A DNA stretch of 64,000 nucleotides from Mobula hypostoma (lineage: Eukaryota). The stretch's first letter is position 1. Each line of letters begins with the position of its first letter. Below the pieces are notes generated by a model. The model was given only the letters and a program-made list of their open reading frames with translations, had not been told where the DNA came from and searched no databases. Location: the NCBI RefSeq assembly GCF_963921235.1, contig NC_086097.1:167898001-167962000 (forward strand), read 5' to 3'. Position numbers and translations under genes: made by a program. Below, piece after piece: positions 1-11,019 of the stretch.

Positions 1-139
1 AGGTCCTCATCTGCCTCCTTATGTCGTTTGTGCTCTCTTTTATCACTCACTCTCTCTTTCTTTCTTTGTCTCTCTGCATACTCTTTATCCCTTTCTCTCG
101 CCCCCCCAATCTGTGCACTTCTGCTTGCTCACTCTCCCT

Positions 140-336
140 TTTTATCTCTAGCCTTCTCCTTCCCTCTCTCTTTGTTCTCTCTCTGTCTGTCTCTCTGTCT
201 CTCTCTCTCTCTCTCTCCTCTCTCCCTCTCCTCTCCCTCTCCTCTCCTCTCCCTCTCCTCTCTCTCTCCTCTCTCTCTCCTCTCTCCTCTCTCTCTCTCT
301 CTCACTCCTCTCTCTTTCTCCTCCCCCCCCTTCTCC
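140..336. repeat. (CT)n-rich polypyrimidine microsatellite
   Basis: Long imperfect CT/CCT run; it explains the spurious low-complexity Ser/Leu and Glu/Arg ORFs. Confidence 0.9.
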
Positions 337-798
337 TGACATGGCTACTCTCTGTCTTGCATCCCCAGTCTGAAATGGCCACTGTATCTTTGCCCCACAT
401 GCCAAAACCAGTTTCGGTAGGTGCTGTGGTGCTTTACCTGGGGCCGTACACATACTTGCCTGCATGGCTAATCCTCTCTGACAGGACAGCCACGATGCCC
501 TGTGTTTATTTGGAATCTTGCTGCAGCTTTGGGCTTTCCCTTTCGAGCCTGCGACTGACCCAGATTGCTGGTTCAGTGACGTGTGGTGCTTCCCTCCCAA
601 GTGTGGAACTGAACGTCAGCTTTCTCCTTGCTGACGTGTGTGCCATTGTCAACAAAGGCCAGAGAAAAGCAAATCTTCCACTGCTCTGCACAACTAGTGA
701 CTGTGAGTAGCAAGAGAAACTCGCACGCTGGTCCGGTGTCTGGTCAGGAGCTACTACTCCACTTCATAAGCAAGCCACATATTTTCAGTGTGATATCC

Positions 799-1574
799 TA
801 GCGGTCCCCAACCACCGGGCTGCGGACCGGTACCAGGCTGCAAAGCATGTGCTACCGGGCCACGAGGAAATGATACGAGTCAACTGCACCTTTCCTCATT
901 CCCTGTCACACACTGTTGAACTTGAACATAGGGTTGCCAACTGTCCCGTATTTGCCGGGACATCCCATATATTGGGACCACCCTTGTCCCGTATTTTCCC
1001 CGCTAAGGTAGAGCGTTCCTATGAAACCGTAAGCGGAAATGGCGTAAAACGAAGAAGGAATTACCATTAATTTATATGGGAAAATTTTTTGAGCATTCCC
1101 AGACCCGAAAAATAACCTACCAAATCATACCAAATAACACAAAACCTAAAATAACACTAACATATAGTAAAAGCAGGAATGATATGATAAATACACAGCC
1201 TATATAAAATAGAAATAATGTATTACAGTGTAGTTTCACATAACAGAATCAGGAAGATTAAACCAAAACCGATTTGTAGAAAAAAATCGGCACGTACACA
1301 CATGCGCATGTCATGTATGCTCACGTCATGCACGCGCACAGAGCTTCGTGGTCATGGTAGTCTTTCTCAGGGTAAACACAAGTGTCCCATATTTGACTGC
1401 TACTTTTGTCCCTTATTTGGGTGTGAGAAAGTTGGCAACCCTAACTGTAAAAGACATTCTGAGGTGAGTTTAACCCAACTTGAACACCCCCCCCCCCACC
1501 GCCCGTCGGCCGGTCCACAAGAATATTGTCAATATTAAACCAGTCCGCGGTGCAAAAGTGGTTGGGGATCCCTG
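799..1574. mobile_element. Non-autonomous hAT-type DNA transposon (composite MITE), copy 1
   Basis: Ends TAGCGGTCCCCAACC ... GGTTGGGGATCCCTG; perfect 8-bp TSD TGATATCC (791-798 / 1575-1582); inverted second copy at 34679-35315. Confidence 0.85.
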
Positions 1575-1782
1575 TGATATCCCACTGGCTAATGTGCGTT
1601 GTCTGTCCCTTTACATTCCCCAAAGCTGGTTAACAAACTATGTCTCTTTTTTTTTGAATTCCTGAAAGATTACATGGGAGTATTGAATGGAGAAAACTTT
1701 TCTCCACAGACAGGCTATTCAGATCTGGAGGGCTTGGGTTTAGGTGAGCGATGAGATGTTTAGAGGGGATCTGAGGAAGAAC

Positions 1783-2376
1783 AGGGAGATAATGCTGCAA
1801 CTGTACAGGGTACTGGTGAGCCTGCACCTGGAGTACTGTGTGCATTTCTGGTCTCCTTACTTGAGAAAGGATATACTGGCTTTAGAGGTGGTGCAGACGA
1901 GGTTCACCAGGTTGATTCCAGAGATGAGGGGATTAGACTATGAGGAGAGATTGAATCACAGGGTCTGTTCTCACTGGAATTCAGAAGAATGGCAGCATAT
2001 ATAATTATGAAAGGAATAGATAAGATAGAGGCAGGGAAGTTGTTTCCACTGGTAGGTGAGACTATAACTAAGGGACATAGCCTCAAGATTCGGGTGAGTA
2101 GATTTCGGATGGAGAGGAGGAGGAACTGCATTTCCCAGAGAGTGGTGAATCTGTGGAATACTCTGCCCAGTGAAGCAGTGGAGGCTACATCAGTAATCAT
2201 ACTTAAGACCAGATTGGATAGATTTTTGCATAGTAGAAGAATTGAGAGTTATGAGGAAAAGGCAGGGAGGTAGAGATGAGTTCATGGCCAGTTCAGCCAT
2301 GATCTCATTGAATGGCAGAGCAGGCTCGACAGCCCAGATGGCCTACTCCTGCTCGTAATTCTTATGTTCTTGTGTT
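1783..2376 (+). mobile_element. CR1 LINE 3' fragment (end of ORF2 plus 3' tail)
   Basis: LYRVLVSLHLEYCVHFWSPYLRKDILALEVVQTRFTRLIP and RVVNLWNTLP motifs; GGCCTACTCCTGCT tail followed by TTCTTATG-like repeats. Confidence 0.9.
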
Positions 2377-2677
2377 AACTTTTTCACCCCAAGAGTGGTT
2401 GGAATCTGGAATGTGCAGTCCGAGAAGGAGATGGGTAACGAATATCTAGGCAAGCCCTTGAATCAGCAAGCAAGAGAAGGCTGTTGAGCAAGTTCTGGTA
2501 AATGCAAATAGTATCAATAGGTATTGATTAGTAAGCTTGTGGACACCAAAAATTAGAGTGTGGTCAAAGTTGAGTTTATTGCCTTGTGTGCAATGAAAAA
2601 AAATGACTTCCAGCAGCATCACCAGCATATAATATTACATGAGTAGCACTCACAAGAGAAACATAAATTTAAAATAT

Positions 2678-2870
2678 GCAACACACATAAAAGTTGCTGG
2701 TGAACGCAGCAGGCCAGGCAGCATCCCTAGGAAGAGGTACAGTCGACGTTTCAGGCCAAGACGTCGACTGTACCTCTTCCTAGAGATGCTGTCTGGCCTG
2801 CTGCGTTCACCAGCTACTTTTATGTGCGTTGCTTGAAAGTCCAGCATCTGCAGATTTCCTCATGTTTGCG
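2678..2870. mobile_element. Fold-back insertion of Penelope terminal-repeat family
   Basis: About 72-bp inverted arms (2678-2749 / 2761-2832); flanking direct repeat AATTTAAAATATGCA (2666-2680 / 2871-2885); same sequence as the end of the GIY-YIG element at 57253-57400. Confidence 0.8.
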
Positions 2871-2885
2871 AATTTAAAATATGCA

Positions 2886-3205
2886 CTGTTTTTACAAGAA
2901 AAAGCACAATTAGAACAAAAATCCCAATTTTAGTGGAAAGGGATCAACATGGTCACGATGTTGTTTAACTAGTGATAAGTGTTGTGCAGTTTGGTTCAAG
3001 AACCAAATGAGTGAAGGGAAGTAACTCATCTTGAACTAGGCTCCTGCCCAAAGATAGCTGTGAGAAGATGGAATGGCCTAGATACTGTGGATCTTTGATA
3101 ATAGATGTTACTTTCTTAAGGCAATGCCTCCTGTAGATGCTTTTGACGATGGGAGCTTGAACAGTGGTCAGCCAGAGTTCAGAGGTGAAAAGTAACAGTG
3201 TCTTC
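2886..3205 (-). mobile_element. Rex1/Babar-type LINE 3' remnant
   Basis: IYRRHCLKKVTSIIKDPQYLGHSIFSQL motif, shared with the other Rex1-like tails in the window. Confidence 0.6.
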
Positions 3206-3309
3206 ACCCAGGTTGAGGAGGGAAGCTTTACAAATCAGTGCTTCATAGCCACCTTGGTCTGAGTCACCTTGTTAGCTATAGTCACCATAGACCTCCATAG
3301 TCACCTTGT

Positions 3310-5460
3310 TAGCTATGACATAGGAAGGAAAAGAGAGGAGGTCGTAAAGAGAGAATTTAAGGAGTTAGATAGAAAGTTGAAAAATAGGACCTCCATGGTA
3401 ACAATATCTGGATTGCTGCCAGTGAGGGCAAGAATAAGATGATTTGGCAGATGAATGCGAGGCTGAGTAATGGGGGCAGGGTTTCAGATTTATGGATCAC
3501 ATGGATCTCTTCTGGGGAAGATGTGGCCTGTCCAGAAGGGGTGACCTACACCTACACCCAAGAGGGGCCAATATCCTTGGGAACAGATTTTCCAGAGCTG
3601 TTGGGGAGAGCTGTTGAACTAACTTAGCAAGGGGATGAGAATCAGAGTGATAGGGCTGACGCTGGGGCAGTTAGTATATAACTAAATGTTGTATGTAATG
3701 AGACTGAGAGGAAGGACAGGCAGATGATAGGGTAAAATTGCAGTCAGTGGGATGTGTTGCAGTGTAAACGTGGAACAAAATTGAAAAGAGTGACAGTTAC
3801 AGTACAGAAGCTGTTATATTTGAATGCACACAGTACAGTATATAAAATAAGGAAGGTGATCTTGTAGCACAGTTAGAGATTGGCAGGCAGACATTGTGGG
3901 TATCATGGTGTCATGGCTGAAAGATGATTGTAGTTGGGAGACATTCAAGGATACACGATCTATTGAAAGGACAGGCAGATTGGAGAGGAGGACGAGTGGC
4001 TCTGCGAGTGAAAAATGAAATCAGATCATTAGAAAGAGATTACATAGGATCAGAGGATAGAGAATCCTTGTGGGTAGAGTAAAGATAAGGGTAAGAAGAC
4101 TCTGATGGGAGTTATTTACAGGCCTCCGAACAGTAGCCAGGGTGTGGTCTACAAATTACAGCAGGAGATAGAAAAAGCATGTAAAAAAAAAAGCATGTTA
4201 CGTTAGTCATGGGGAATTTCAAAATGCAGATAGATTGGGAAAATCAAGTTGATGCTGGATCCCAAGATAAGAGTGCTTTTGGAATGCCCCCTAGGTGGCT
4301 TTTTTGAGCAGCTTGTGGTTGAGTCAACTAAGGGATCAGCAGTTCTGCATTGGGTGCTGTGTGATGAACCAGATATGATTAGGGAGCTGCAGGTAATAGA
4401 ACCCTTGGGAAACTAGTGATCATAATATGGCAGAATTCACCCTGCAAGTTCAGAGGGAGAAGCTAAAGTCAGATGTATCAGTATTACAGTGGAGTAAAGG
4501 GAATTACAGAGGCATGAAAGTTGGCCAAAGTTGATTAGAAGAGGACACCAGCAGGGATGACGGCAGAACAGCAGTGGCTGGAGTTTCTGGGAGCAATTCA
4601 GAAGGCAAGAGGATAGATACATACCAAATAAGAGGATAATTCAACTGTGACTGACAAGAGCAGTCAAAGCCAACATAAAAGCTAAAGAGAGGGCATATAA
4701 TAGAGTAAAAAATAGTGGGAAGTTAGAGGATTAGGAAGCTTTTAATAATCAACAGAAGGCGTCTTTAAAAAAATGCCATAAAGTGGGAAAAGGCAGAATA
4801 CAAAGTTAAGCTAGGCAATAATATTAAAGAGGACCAAAATATTCTTCAGATACATAAAGAGTAAAATAGAGGCAAGAGTAGAGATTGGACCATTGGAATA
4901 TGATGCTGAAGAGATAGCAGCAGACAAACTGAATAACTGTTGAAGACACTAGCAGTATGCTGGAAGTTCGAGAGTGTCAGGGGGCAGAAGTGGGTGAAGT
5001 TGCTATTACTAGGGAGAAGGTGCTTGGGAAACTGAAAGGTCTGAAGGTAGATAAAATCACCTGGACCAGATGGACTACACCCCAGGGTTCTAAAAGAGGT
5101 ACCTGAAGAGACTGTGGAGGCATTAGTAATTAACATCTTTCAAGAAGCTATTGATGGTGGCATAGTTCATTCCACTCTTTAAGAAGGGAGGGAGGCAGAG
5201 GAAATGAAATTATAGGCCAGTTAGGCTGACCTCAGTGATTGGGAAGATGTTGGAGTCGATTGTTTAGGACGAGGTCTCAGGGTACTTGGAGGCACATGAC
5301 AAAATAGACCAAAGTCAGAATGGTTCTTGATTAGTCAGAGTGTGAAAAGTTATGGAGAGAAGGCTGGAGAATTGGGTGGAGAGGGAAATGGATCATAATG
5401 AAATGGCAGAGCAGACGCAATGGACCGAATGGTCTTATTCTGCTCCTATGTCTTATGGAT
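3310..5460 (+). mobile_element. Decayed CR1 LINE (ORF1 esterase end, APE, start of RT, internal deletion, 3' tail)
   Basis: Degenerate esterase, APE (YLNA, YRPPNS) and SPGPDG-type segments; joins directly to CR1 3' tail sequence near 5330. Confidence 0.8.
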
Positions 5461-6015
5461 TGCCAGTGATGTATTGGGCTGCATCCACCATGTTCTGCTG
5501 CTTCTTGTGTTCTTGTGCATTCAAATTGCCTCACCAGTCCATTATGTGACCCATCAGTATACTTACAACAGTACATCTGCAGAAATTTGTAGTGTTCAGT
5601 GAGTCAGGTAATACCACAGTGGATTGGGACACAGCCAGGAAATCATGAGGCAGGATCAGAGGGATCCAAGACATATCGGGCAATCCACATTCAATCCTGA
5701 CTTTGAGCACTGTCTATGTAGACTTCATATATGCTCCCTTTGACTGCGTGAATTTCGTCCATTTTCTTGTGAATTCCCTACCCTATGCATCTCAAAGATG
5801 TGCAGTTTAGAAATTTAATGAACCACATATATTGGCATTAGTATGTGGGTGAGTGTTAGAATCCAGGGGGGATAGATGAGAATGTAGAGGAAAGAAAGGG
5901 TTAGTGCAGGATTGGTGTAAATGGAATTGTAGGTCAGTGTCTCTAATCCAGGCAGTGTTCTGGTAAATCTCCTCTGCACTCTCTCTAATAATAATCCTTC
6001 TTATAGTAAGGCCAC

Positions 6016-6211
6016 TGTTATGTTACTTCTGTTTAAATGTACCATGGGTTAACAGTAAAGAATCATATTCTGGAAGAATTAGAGAACTTTTATTTACAGT
6101 AATAAACACATCTTAACCCAACCATTTGCTGGAACATTCTGGCAATCCCGCGCATGCTCAGTGCTCTGTCCAATCATGTACTGGCACATCATTGCACGTG
6201 ATATCACCACA
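6016..6211 (-). repeat. 3' LTR
   Basis: Direct repeat of 7946-8145 (by eye about 8-10 substitutions plus one 4-bp indel); TG..CA ends. Confidence 0.93.
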
Positions 6212-6224
6212 TCTTCCTTTCCTT
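6212..6224 (-). other. Polypurine tract (AAGGAAAGGAAGA)
   Basis: Pure purine run on the minus strand directly abutting the 3' LTR. Confidence 0.85.
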
Positions 6225-6251
6225 AAAAAGAAAAACAAGTAACAACATTAA

Positions 6252-6410
6252 TCAAAACACATCTATATCAGATAACTGAAACTCTGAAGTTGGCGCTTTC
6301 TTAAAGCCTTTGGGATTCTTTCTTAACACTGCTCCCTCCTCTGTTTGGACCATGTATGATCTGGTCTGTGTCCATGGGTTCCTTTTATCTTGTATCCTCA
6401 GTTTTTCTCC
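6252..6410 (-). pseudogene. Retrotransposon Pol/integrase C-terminal remnant
   Basis: GEKLRIQD...W...TRSYMVQTEEGAVLRKN resembles the G-x2-VR...W...RSY-x-V-x-T-x2-G-x3-RRN tail of Gypsy Pol. Confidence 0.7.
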
Positions 6411-6458
6411 TTGTCCTTCAGACAAATATCTCCTTAGATCAGTCAATTCATGTTCCAC
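6410..6458 (-). pseudogene. RABEP1: Captured Rabaptin-like fragment, part 2 (VEHELTDLRRYLSEGQ)
   Basis: Matches recalled Rabaptin-5 AEREIADLRRRLSEGQ, the direct continuation of part 1. Confidence 0.75.
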
Positions 6459-6585
6459 CTCCATTTGTAATGAAATACGGATCTTCTTTTCTTTATCTAA
6501 TTCATTCATTAACTGTGTAATCTCTTTTTTTATGCTGACACTCCATCATTTAAATAATACTTCTTAATTCCTTCATTTATGCTTT
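6451..6585 (-). pseudogene. SH3KBP1: Captured CIN85/CD2AP-family C-terminal coiled-coil fragment
   Basis: KA*MKELRSII*MMECQHKK(fs)EITQLMNELDKEKKIRISLQMEV versus recalled CIN85 [43 protein letters not shown]; two stops and a +1 A in an A7 run. Confidence 0.8.
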
Positions 6586-6870
6586 CACTGCTTCCTTATA
6601 CTGTGCCCACTGTGAGTGTTCTTGCTCTAGACGGTGATGAAACTGAATCTCATATTCTCTCAGTGTCTCTTTCATCATCGCTTGCATTGAAGCAACCTCC
6701 TCCTGCCATTGCATTTTCACATCATCAATTGCCTCCTGTTTGGTCGTCTCAGACACTGTAGCTACTGCTTTTATATTCCCCATGTCAGCATTTGCCTCCA
6801 TGAGCTGGACTTGCAGTCGAGTTACATCACCTTCTGCCGACTGTTATGCAACTTTCTATCACTTCAGCTC
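6586..6870 (-). pseudogene. RABEP1: Captured Rabaptin-like N-terminal coiled-coil fragment, part 1
   Basis: ELK**KVA*QSAEGDVTRLQVQLMEANADMGNIKAVATVSETTKQEAIDDVKMQWQEEVASMQAMMKETLREYEIQFHHRLEQEHSQWAQYKEAV versus recalled Rabaptin-5 DLKRQNAVLQAAQDDLGHLRTQLWEAQAEMENIKAIATVSENTKQEAIDEVKRQWREEVASLQAVMKETVRDYEHQFHLRLEQERTQWAQYRESA; a RABEP2 paralog is not excluded. Confidence 0.88.
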
Positions 6871-7850
6871 TTGTGTCACTATCCAAGGCAAAAATTCTTT
6901 TCATCAAATTAAGTCTTTCACAGGCAGGGCAGATAAACCCAGAATTGACTGTACATTTTTTGGCACGACCACAAATGAAAGCTTATGCACAATATTTTTG
7001 TGTAATACCTTTGCCACGCATGTCCCTTTAACTGGAATGTCTGCACCTGTATACCCAGTCACGTTTATATTTGTCTGATATAACTTCGGTCTTGGCTTTA
7101 AAGCATTAAACTCAGATTCTGCAAGAACATTTACTTGTGCTCCAGTATCAAGTTTAAACAGATTATTGTTTTGATTCACTTGCAAAGGAATAGTCCAGTC
7201 ATTCTTACTTTTGTTTATTTTCACAAAGCACATCGAGATAAAATTCCTCATGTTCGTCTTCAAGCACAGCATTATTATTATATTTCTTGATGTATTCACG
7301 CTTTTGTTTTACAGCGTTTACATTGCAGTTTTCAACAAAAAGCTCTTCAGCCTGCAACGTCACAGTCTCAGAAACTTTGTAAAGCGCCAAAGCTTTTTCA
7401 AAATTTAAATCTTGCTCTCTCAACAGCCTTTCTCTCAGAGCATTATCTCGAATGCCACAAACAGGTCTATCTTTAATGAGAGAGTCCGTGAGCAATCTAA
7501 ACTCGCATGGTCTACTACGCTTCCTTAACAGTAACATACCGATCAATTGTTTCAGCGGCTCTCTGCGCACGTGAAGAATTTATATCGCTCATACGTTAAG
7601 TTATGCTTAGGTATACAAAATACTTCAAATTTGACCATTATCAACTTTAAATTGAAATTATCACCATCTTCAAAAACAAAATTATTATATACCTCTACTG
7701 CGTCATTCCCGATTACATGGAGCAAAAGCGCAGCTTTGGTAATCGATTGCTGAATGATAAGTACAATTCAAACTGTGGCTTGAATATCCTCCAGTTCTCA
7801 GCTACATTGCCAGTCAGCTGAAGTTTTGGTGGGGGTTGTAAACCTTCCAT
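6871..7850 (-). pseudogene. Decayed gag plus aspartic protease of the LTR element
   Basis: Starts MEGLQPPPKLQLTGNVAENWRIFK at 7850; LIKDRPVCGIRDNALRERLLRE gag motif; FKLDTGAQVNVL protease active site; several frameshifts. Confidence 0.88.
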
Positions 7851-7927
7851 TTTACTGTTTACAGTTCGACCTTTTTTCTTCTCTTTTATTTTCGATTATC
7901 TTCGATTCTCCCGTATTATTTTTCCAG

Positions 7928-7945
7928 ACCCCACGTCTGACACCA
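7928..7945 (-). other. Primer-binding site, tRNA-Leu
   Basis: TGGTGTCAGACGTGGGGT immediately after the 5' LTR; 16/18 match to the complement of the vertebrate tRNA-Leu 3' end (ATCCCACTTCTGACACCA). Confidence 0.85.
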
Positions 7946-8145
7946 TGTTATGCTACTTCTGTTTAAATGTACCGTGGTTTAACAGTAAAGAATCATATTC
8001 TGGAAGAATTAGAGAACTTTTATTTACAGTAATAAACAAACCCGTCTTAACTCAGCCACGTGCTGGAACATTCTGGCAATCCCACGCATGCTCAGTGCTC
8101 TGTCCAATCATGTACTGGCACATCATTGCACGTGATATCACCACA
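7946..8145 (-). repeat. 5' LTR
   Basis: Direct repeat of 6016-6211; followed by the PBS on the minus strand. Confidence 0.93.
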
Positions 8146-9199
8146 GCCACCAGAACTAAACATAATACTCCAAGTGTGATCCAACCAGAGTTTAAGAGAT
8201 GCAAACTTACTTTGCAGTTCTTGACCTTGGTCTTTTGACTAATGATGATTAACACACCATACACCTTCTAAACTACTCTTATCAACTTGCATGGTAACTT
8301 TGAGGGATCTATGGACGTGAACCTCAAAATCCCACTGTTCCTTAACATTATAAGAATCCTGCCTTTATCCTTGTACTCTGCTGTCAATTTTGATCTTCCA
8401 AAGTGTATTATTTCACACTTTTCTAGATTGAACTTTTAGGAACTGGTTTTTATTGTGACATGTACCGTACATTTCACATGTCATCCTTGTAGATTATTTC
8501 ATTACCATAGTACATAGAGGTCGTTCAAAGGAAAACAATAAAGGAATGCAGAATAAAGTGTTACAGTTACAGAGAAAGTGCAGTGCAGGCAGACAAAAGA
8601 ATCAAAGGTTCATTTTATTGTCGGTGTATGTACAATACAACTCTGATATTTGTCTTGTTCAGATAGCCAGGAAGACCATGGCAGTTGATGAAAGAAAATA
8701 TATCGAAGCCTCCCACCCGGCATGAAAAAGTAAAGAAACAAAACTTGCAGACCCCAAAATCAACCCCCCCCCACAGAAAAAACAGTGAAGATAACCATCG
8801 CGACCTACTCACCCACAGAAAAAACAGCAACAACAATCCCTGACACACTTATTTGCAGAAAAGAACAGTGACAGTAGTATCAAACTCCTCAACCCCACCC
8901 CCTTACATACAAAATATTAATGGATCACCCACCCAGCAATCAGCCAATAAAGTGCAAAGCCATGGTGGGGTAGAGTGTGAGGTCAAAAGTCCATCTTATT
9001 GTACTGAGGAACCATTCAATAGTCTTATGACAGTCGAATAGATGATGTCCTTGAGGCTGGTGGTAGCACTTTCAGGCTTCTGTGTCTTCTACCTGATAGG
9101 AGGGAGGATAGAAGAGAGAATGTCCTGTGTGGGTGGGGCCATTGATTATGCTGGCTGCTTTTCCAAGGCAGTGAGAAATGGAGGGGTTCCTGGTCTCCA

Positions 9200-10000
9200 T
9201 GATGTACTGAGCTTGGGTGCTTATGCTGTGATCCAGTATTCCTTCTCCTCGGAAAATTGAGACAATGTGTTGAAACCAACAAGGTTTCTGTAGCTACAGC
9301 CCATAACTCTTTTATGTGGTTTTGCGGATTCTTAAGGTTACAGGGTCCGGGCTTTTGTTGTTCCATGTATTGCAGTGGGATCTGGTTTGGAAATATGTAC
9401 CAGGAAGCATGTGTAGACGCTGCAGGAGGTGTTCACCGCTGAATCTGATGCTCAGATTCAACATTTGTGAAACGTCCAGCATAATTCCCATTATAGCTGA
9501 GGGTCACAAGATGTCCAGTTTTCTTCTGCACCACAGGGAATCTATTAATAAGAAAGTAGAAATAGCTGGAGAGAGTGGAACCAGTCCTTCCTCTAGCATC
9601 TTTGAGTCCATCTTGGATAAATGAAACCAAGCTAGGTGTTAGAATCATGGGCATAGATGCACCTTGTGTGAAGTTTATTTAAGAAAGTACTGGAACGTAA
9701 TTGGAAAGTGAGGCCAATTCCAAGATGGCATGTGGGCATACCAATCCACCTGGTGGGTCAAACCAAAGGGACCTCATCTGACAGCAGACTGTTCTCAGGG
9801 TCAGAGTTCAAACATTAGCCTGCGAGCAAAGTATTCAAAGATGGGCTGTGGCTCCCAACAAGATACCATGTGGAACCTATGCATTAGGGGTCGGGGTGGC
9901 GAGGGTGAGAGGAGGACACTCAGCTCCTCAAGCCCAGTCTGCTGTGCAGGAAGATAGTGGCAGGATTGGCTATAATTTCTCACTTACCCTTGGTAACCTT
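9200..10000 (-). mobile_element. Possible highly decayed Tx1/L1-like ORF2 remnant (a similar piece may lie at 10560-10870)
   Basis: Degenerate ELSVLL and RNLLVF-like segments; no intact frame. Confidence 0.3.
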
Positions 10001-11019
10001 GCACCTCTGCATTTAGCAAAGATAAATCTACCTTTGCCTTAAAGATAGTCATAGGTTCAGCAGCTGTCCCACCCACACCCCTATTTTGAGAAATACATTT
10101 TCAAAGACCTCCCTTCTGAAAGAAAAAAAGTAATCTCATCTCAAAAAAATGCCTTATTTTTAAGTCTCTGATTTCCTCTATCATAAGAATCATCCCCGCC
10201 ACACCCACCCAGTCCAGGACTCCACCAGATTTTGCATTTTTCAATCAAATCACTTCTCACTCTTCTAGCAGTCCAACAGATATGACAAGCTCTTCTGGGG
10301 AGCAGAAGGGAATCGGGGGTCGGCTCAGGAGTGAAATTGGAAAATGTGGGATATTAAAATGGCACTGGAGTTTCCAGGGGTTAAATCCCATTGTTGGTTT
10401 GGATTTCTATCACAAGACCCTGACTTATTATTTCTATCAGGACTCCGTAAACAAAATAGTTTGACTCCATGATGGTAGAACTAAGTACTGTTAACATCAC
10501 TAAAATGAAATACAATAGAAAGAAAAATATATTAGTTTGGAAACTCATAATCCAGTCTCGAGTTTGGACTGAGCTCTTGTCTTCCAGAGTCAAGGTCTGG
10601 CTTGTAGTAGTGCAGTGGTCTAAGGGTGTGAGCTGAGAGTGCCTCTTGCCCATGTGAGTGAGGAAGAGTTACTGTGTTCTCTCTATAGGTCAGCAGTAAG
10701 AGGCAGGGTGGAAGAAGTTGAACGGTTTGGTCATGTCAACATAACTCTTGTGAAACAATGGGAGATATAATCTGGTCACACAGTCTGGATTAATGACTGG
10801 TGAACCTGCCTTGGTGAGCACCTTGTGGAAGGAGGAAGAGCTGTAGCAGCCGTAGAACGACAGGGAAGTAGGTATGTTACTATACACAATTATTTGCATA
10901 AACCAAGGGAATCATCAGAAAGGTGTTCCTTATGAACACAGAAATGTAATGTGACTACATTGAACTATTCTTTGGAAACTTGGTTTCACGAAAGTCAATA
11001 AAACTCTGAGAATCCACTA

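Larger units (their letters stand above)
6016..8145 (-). mobile_element. Non-autonomous Gypsy-type LTR retrotransposon carrying captured host-gene fragments
   Basis: Two ~200-bp TG...CA LTRs, 5-bp TSD GCCAC (6011-6015 / 8146-8150), PBS, PPT, decayed gag/protease and integrase tail; inserted into a CR1 fragment. Confidence 0.93.

Noticed and set aside
21..710. 229-aa plus-strand ORF and overlapping minus-strand ORFs
   Set aside because: Driven by the (CT)n microsatellite; the unique part has no recognisable homology.
6577..6801. Functional RABEP1 exon
   Set aside because: It lies inside an LTR element, carries stops, lacks splice sites and is interrupted by another gene fragment.
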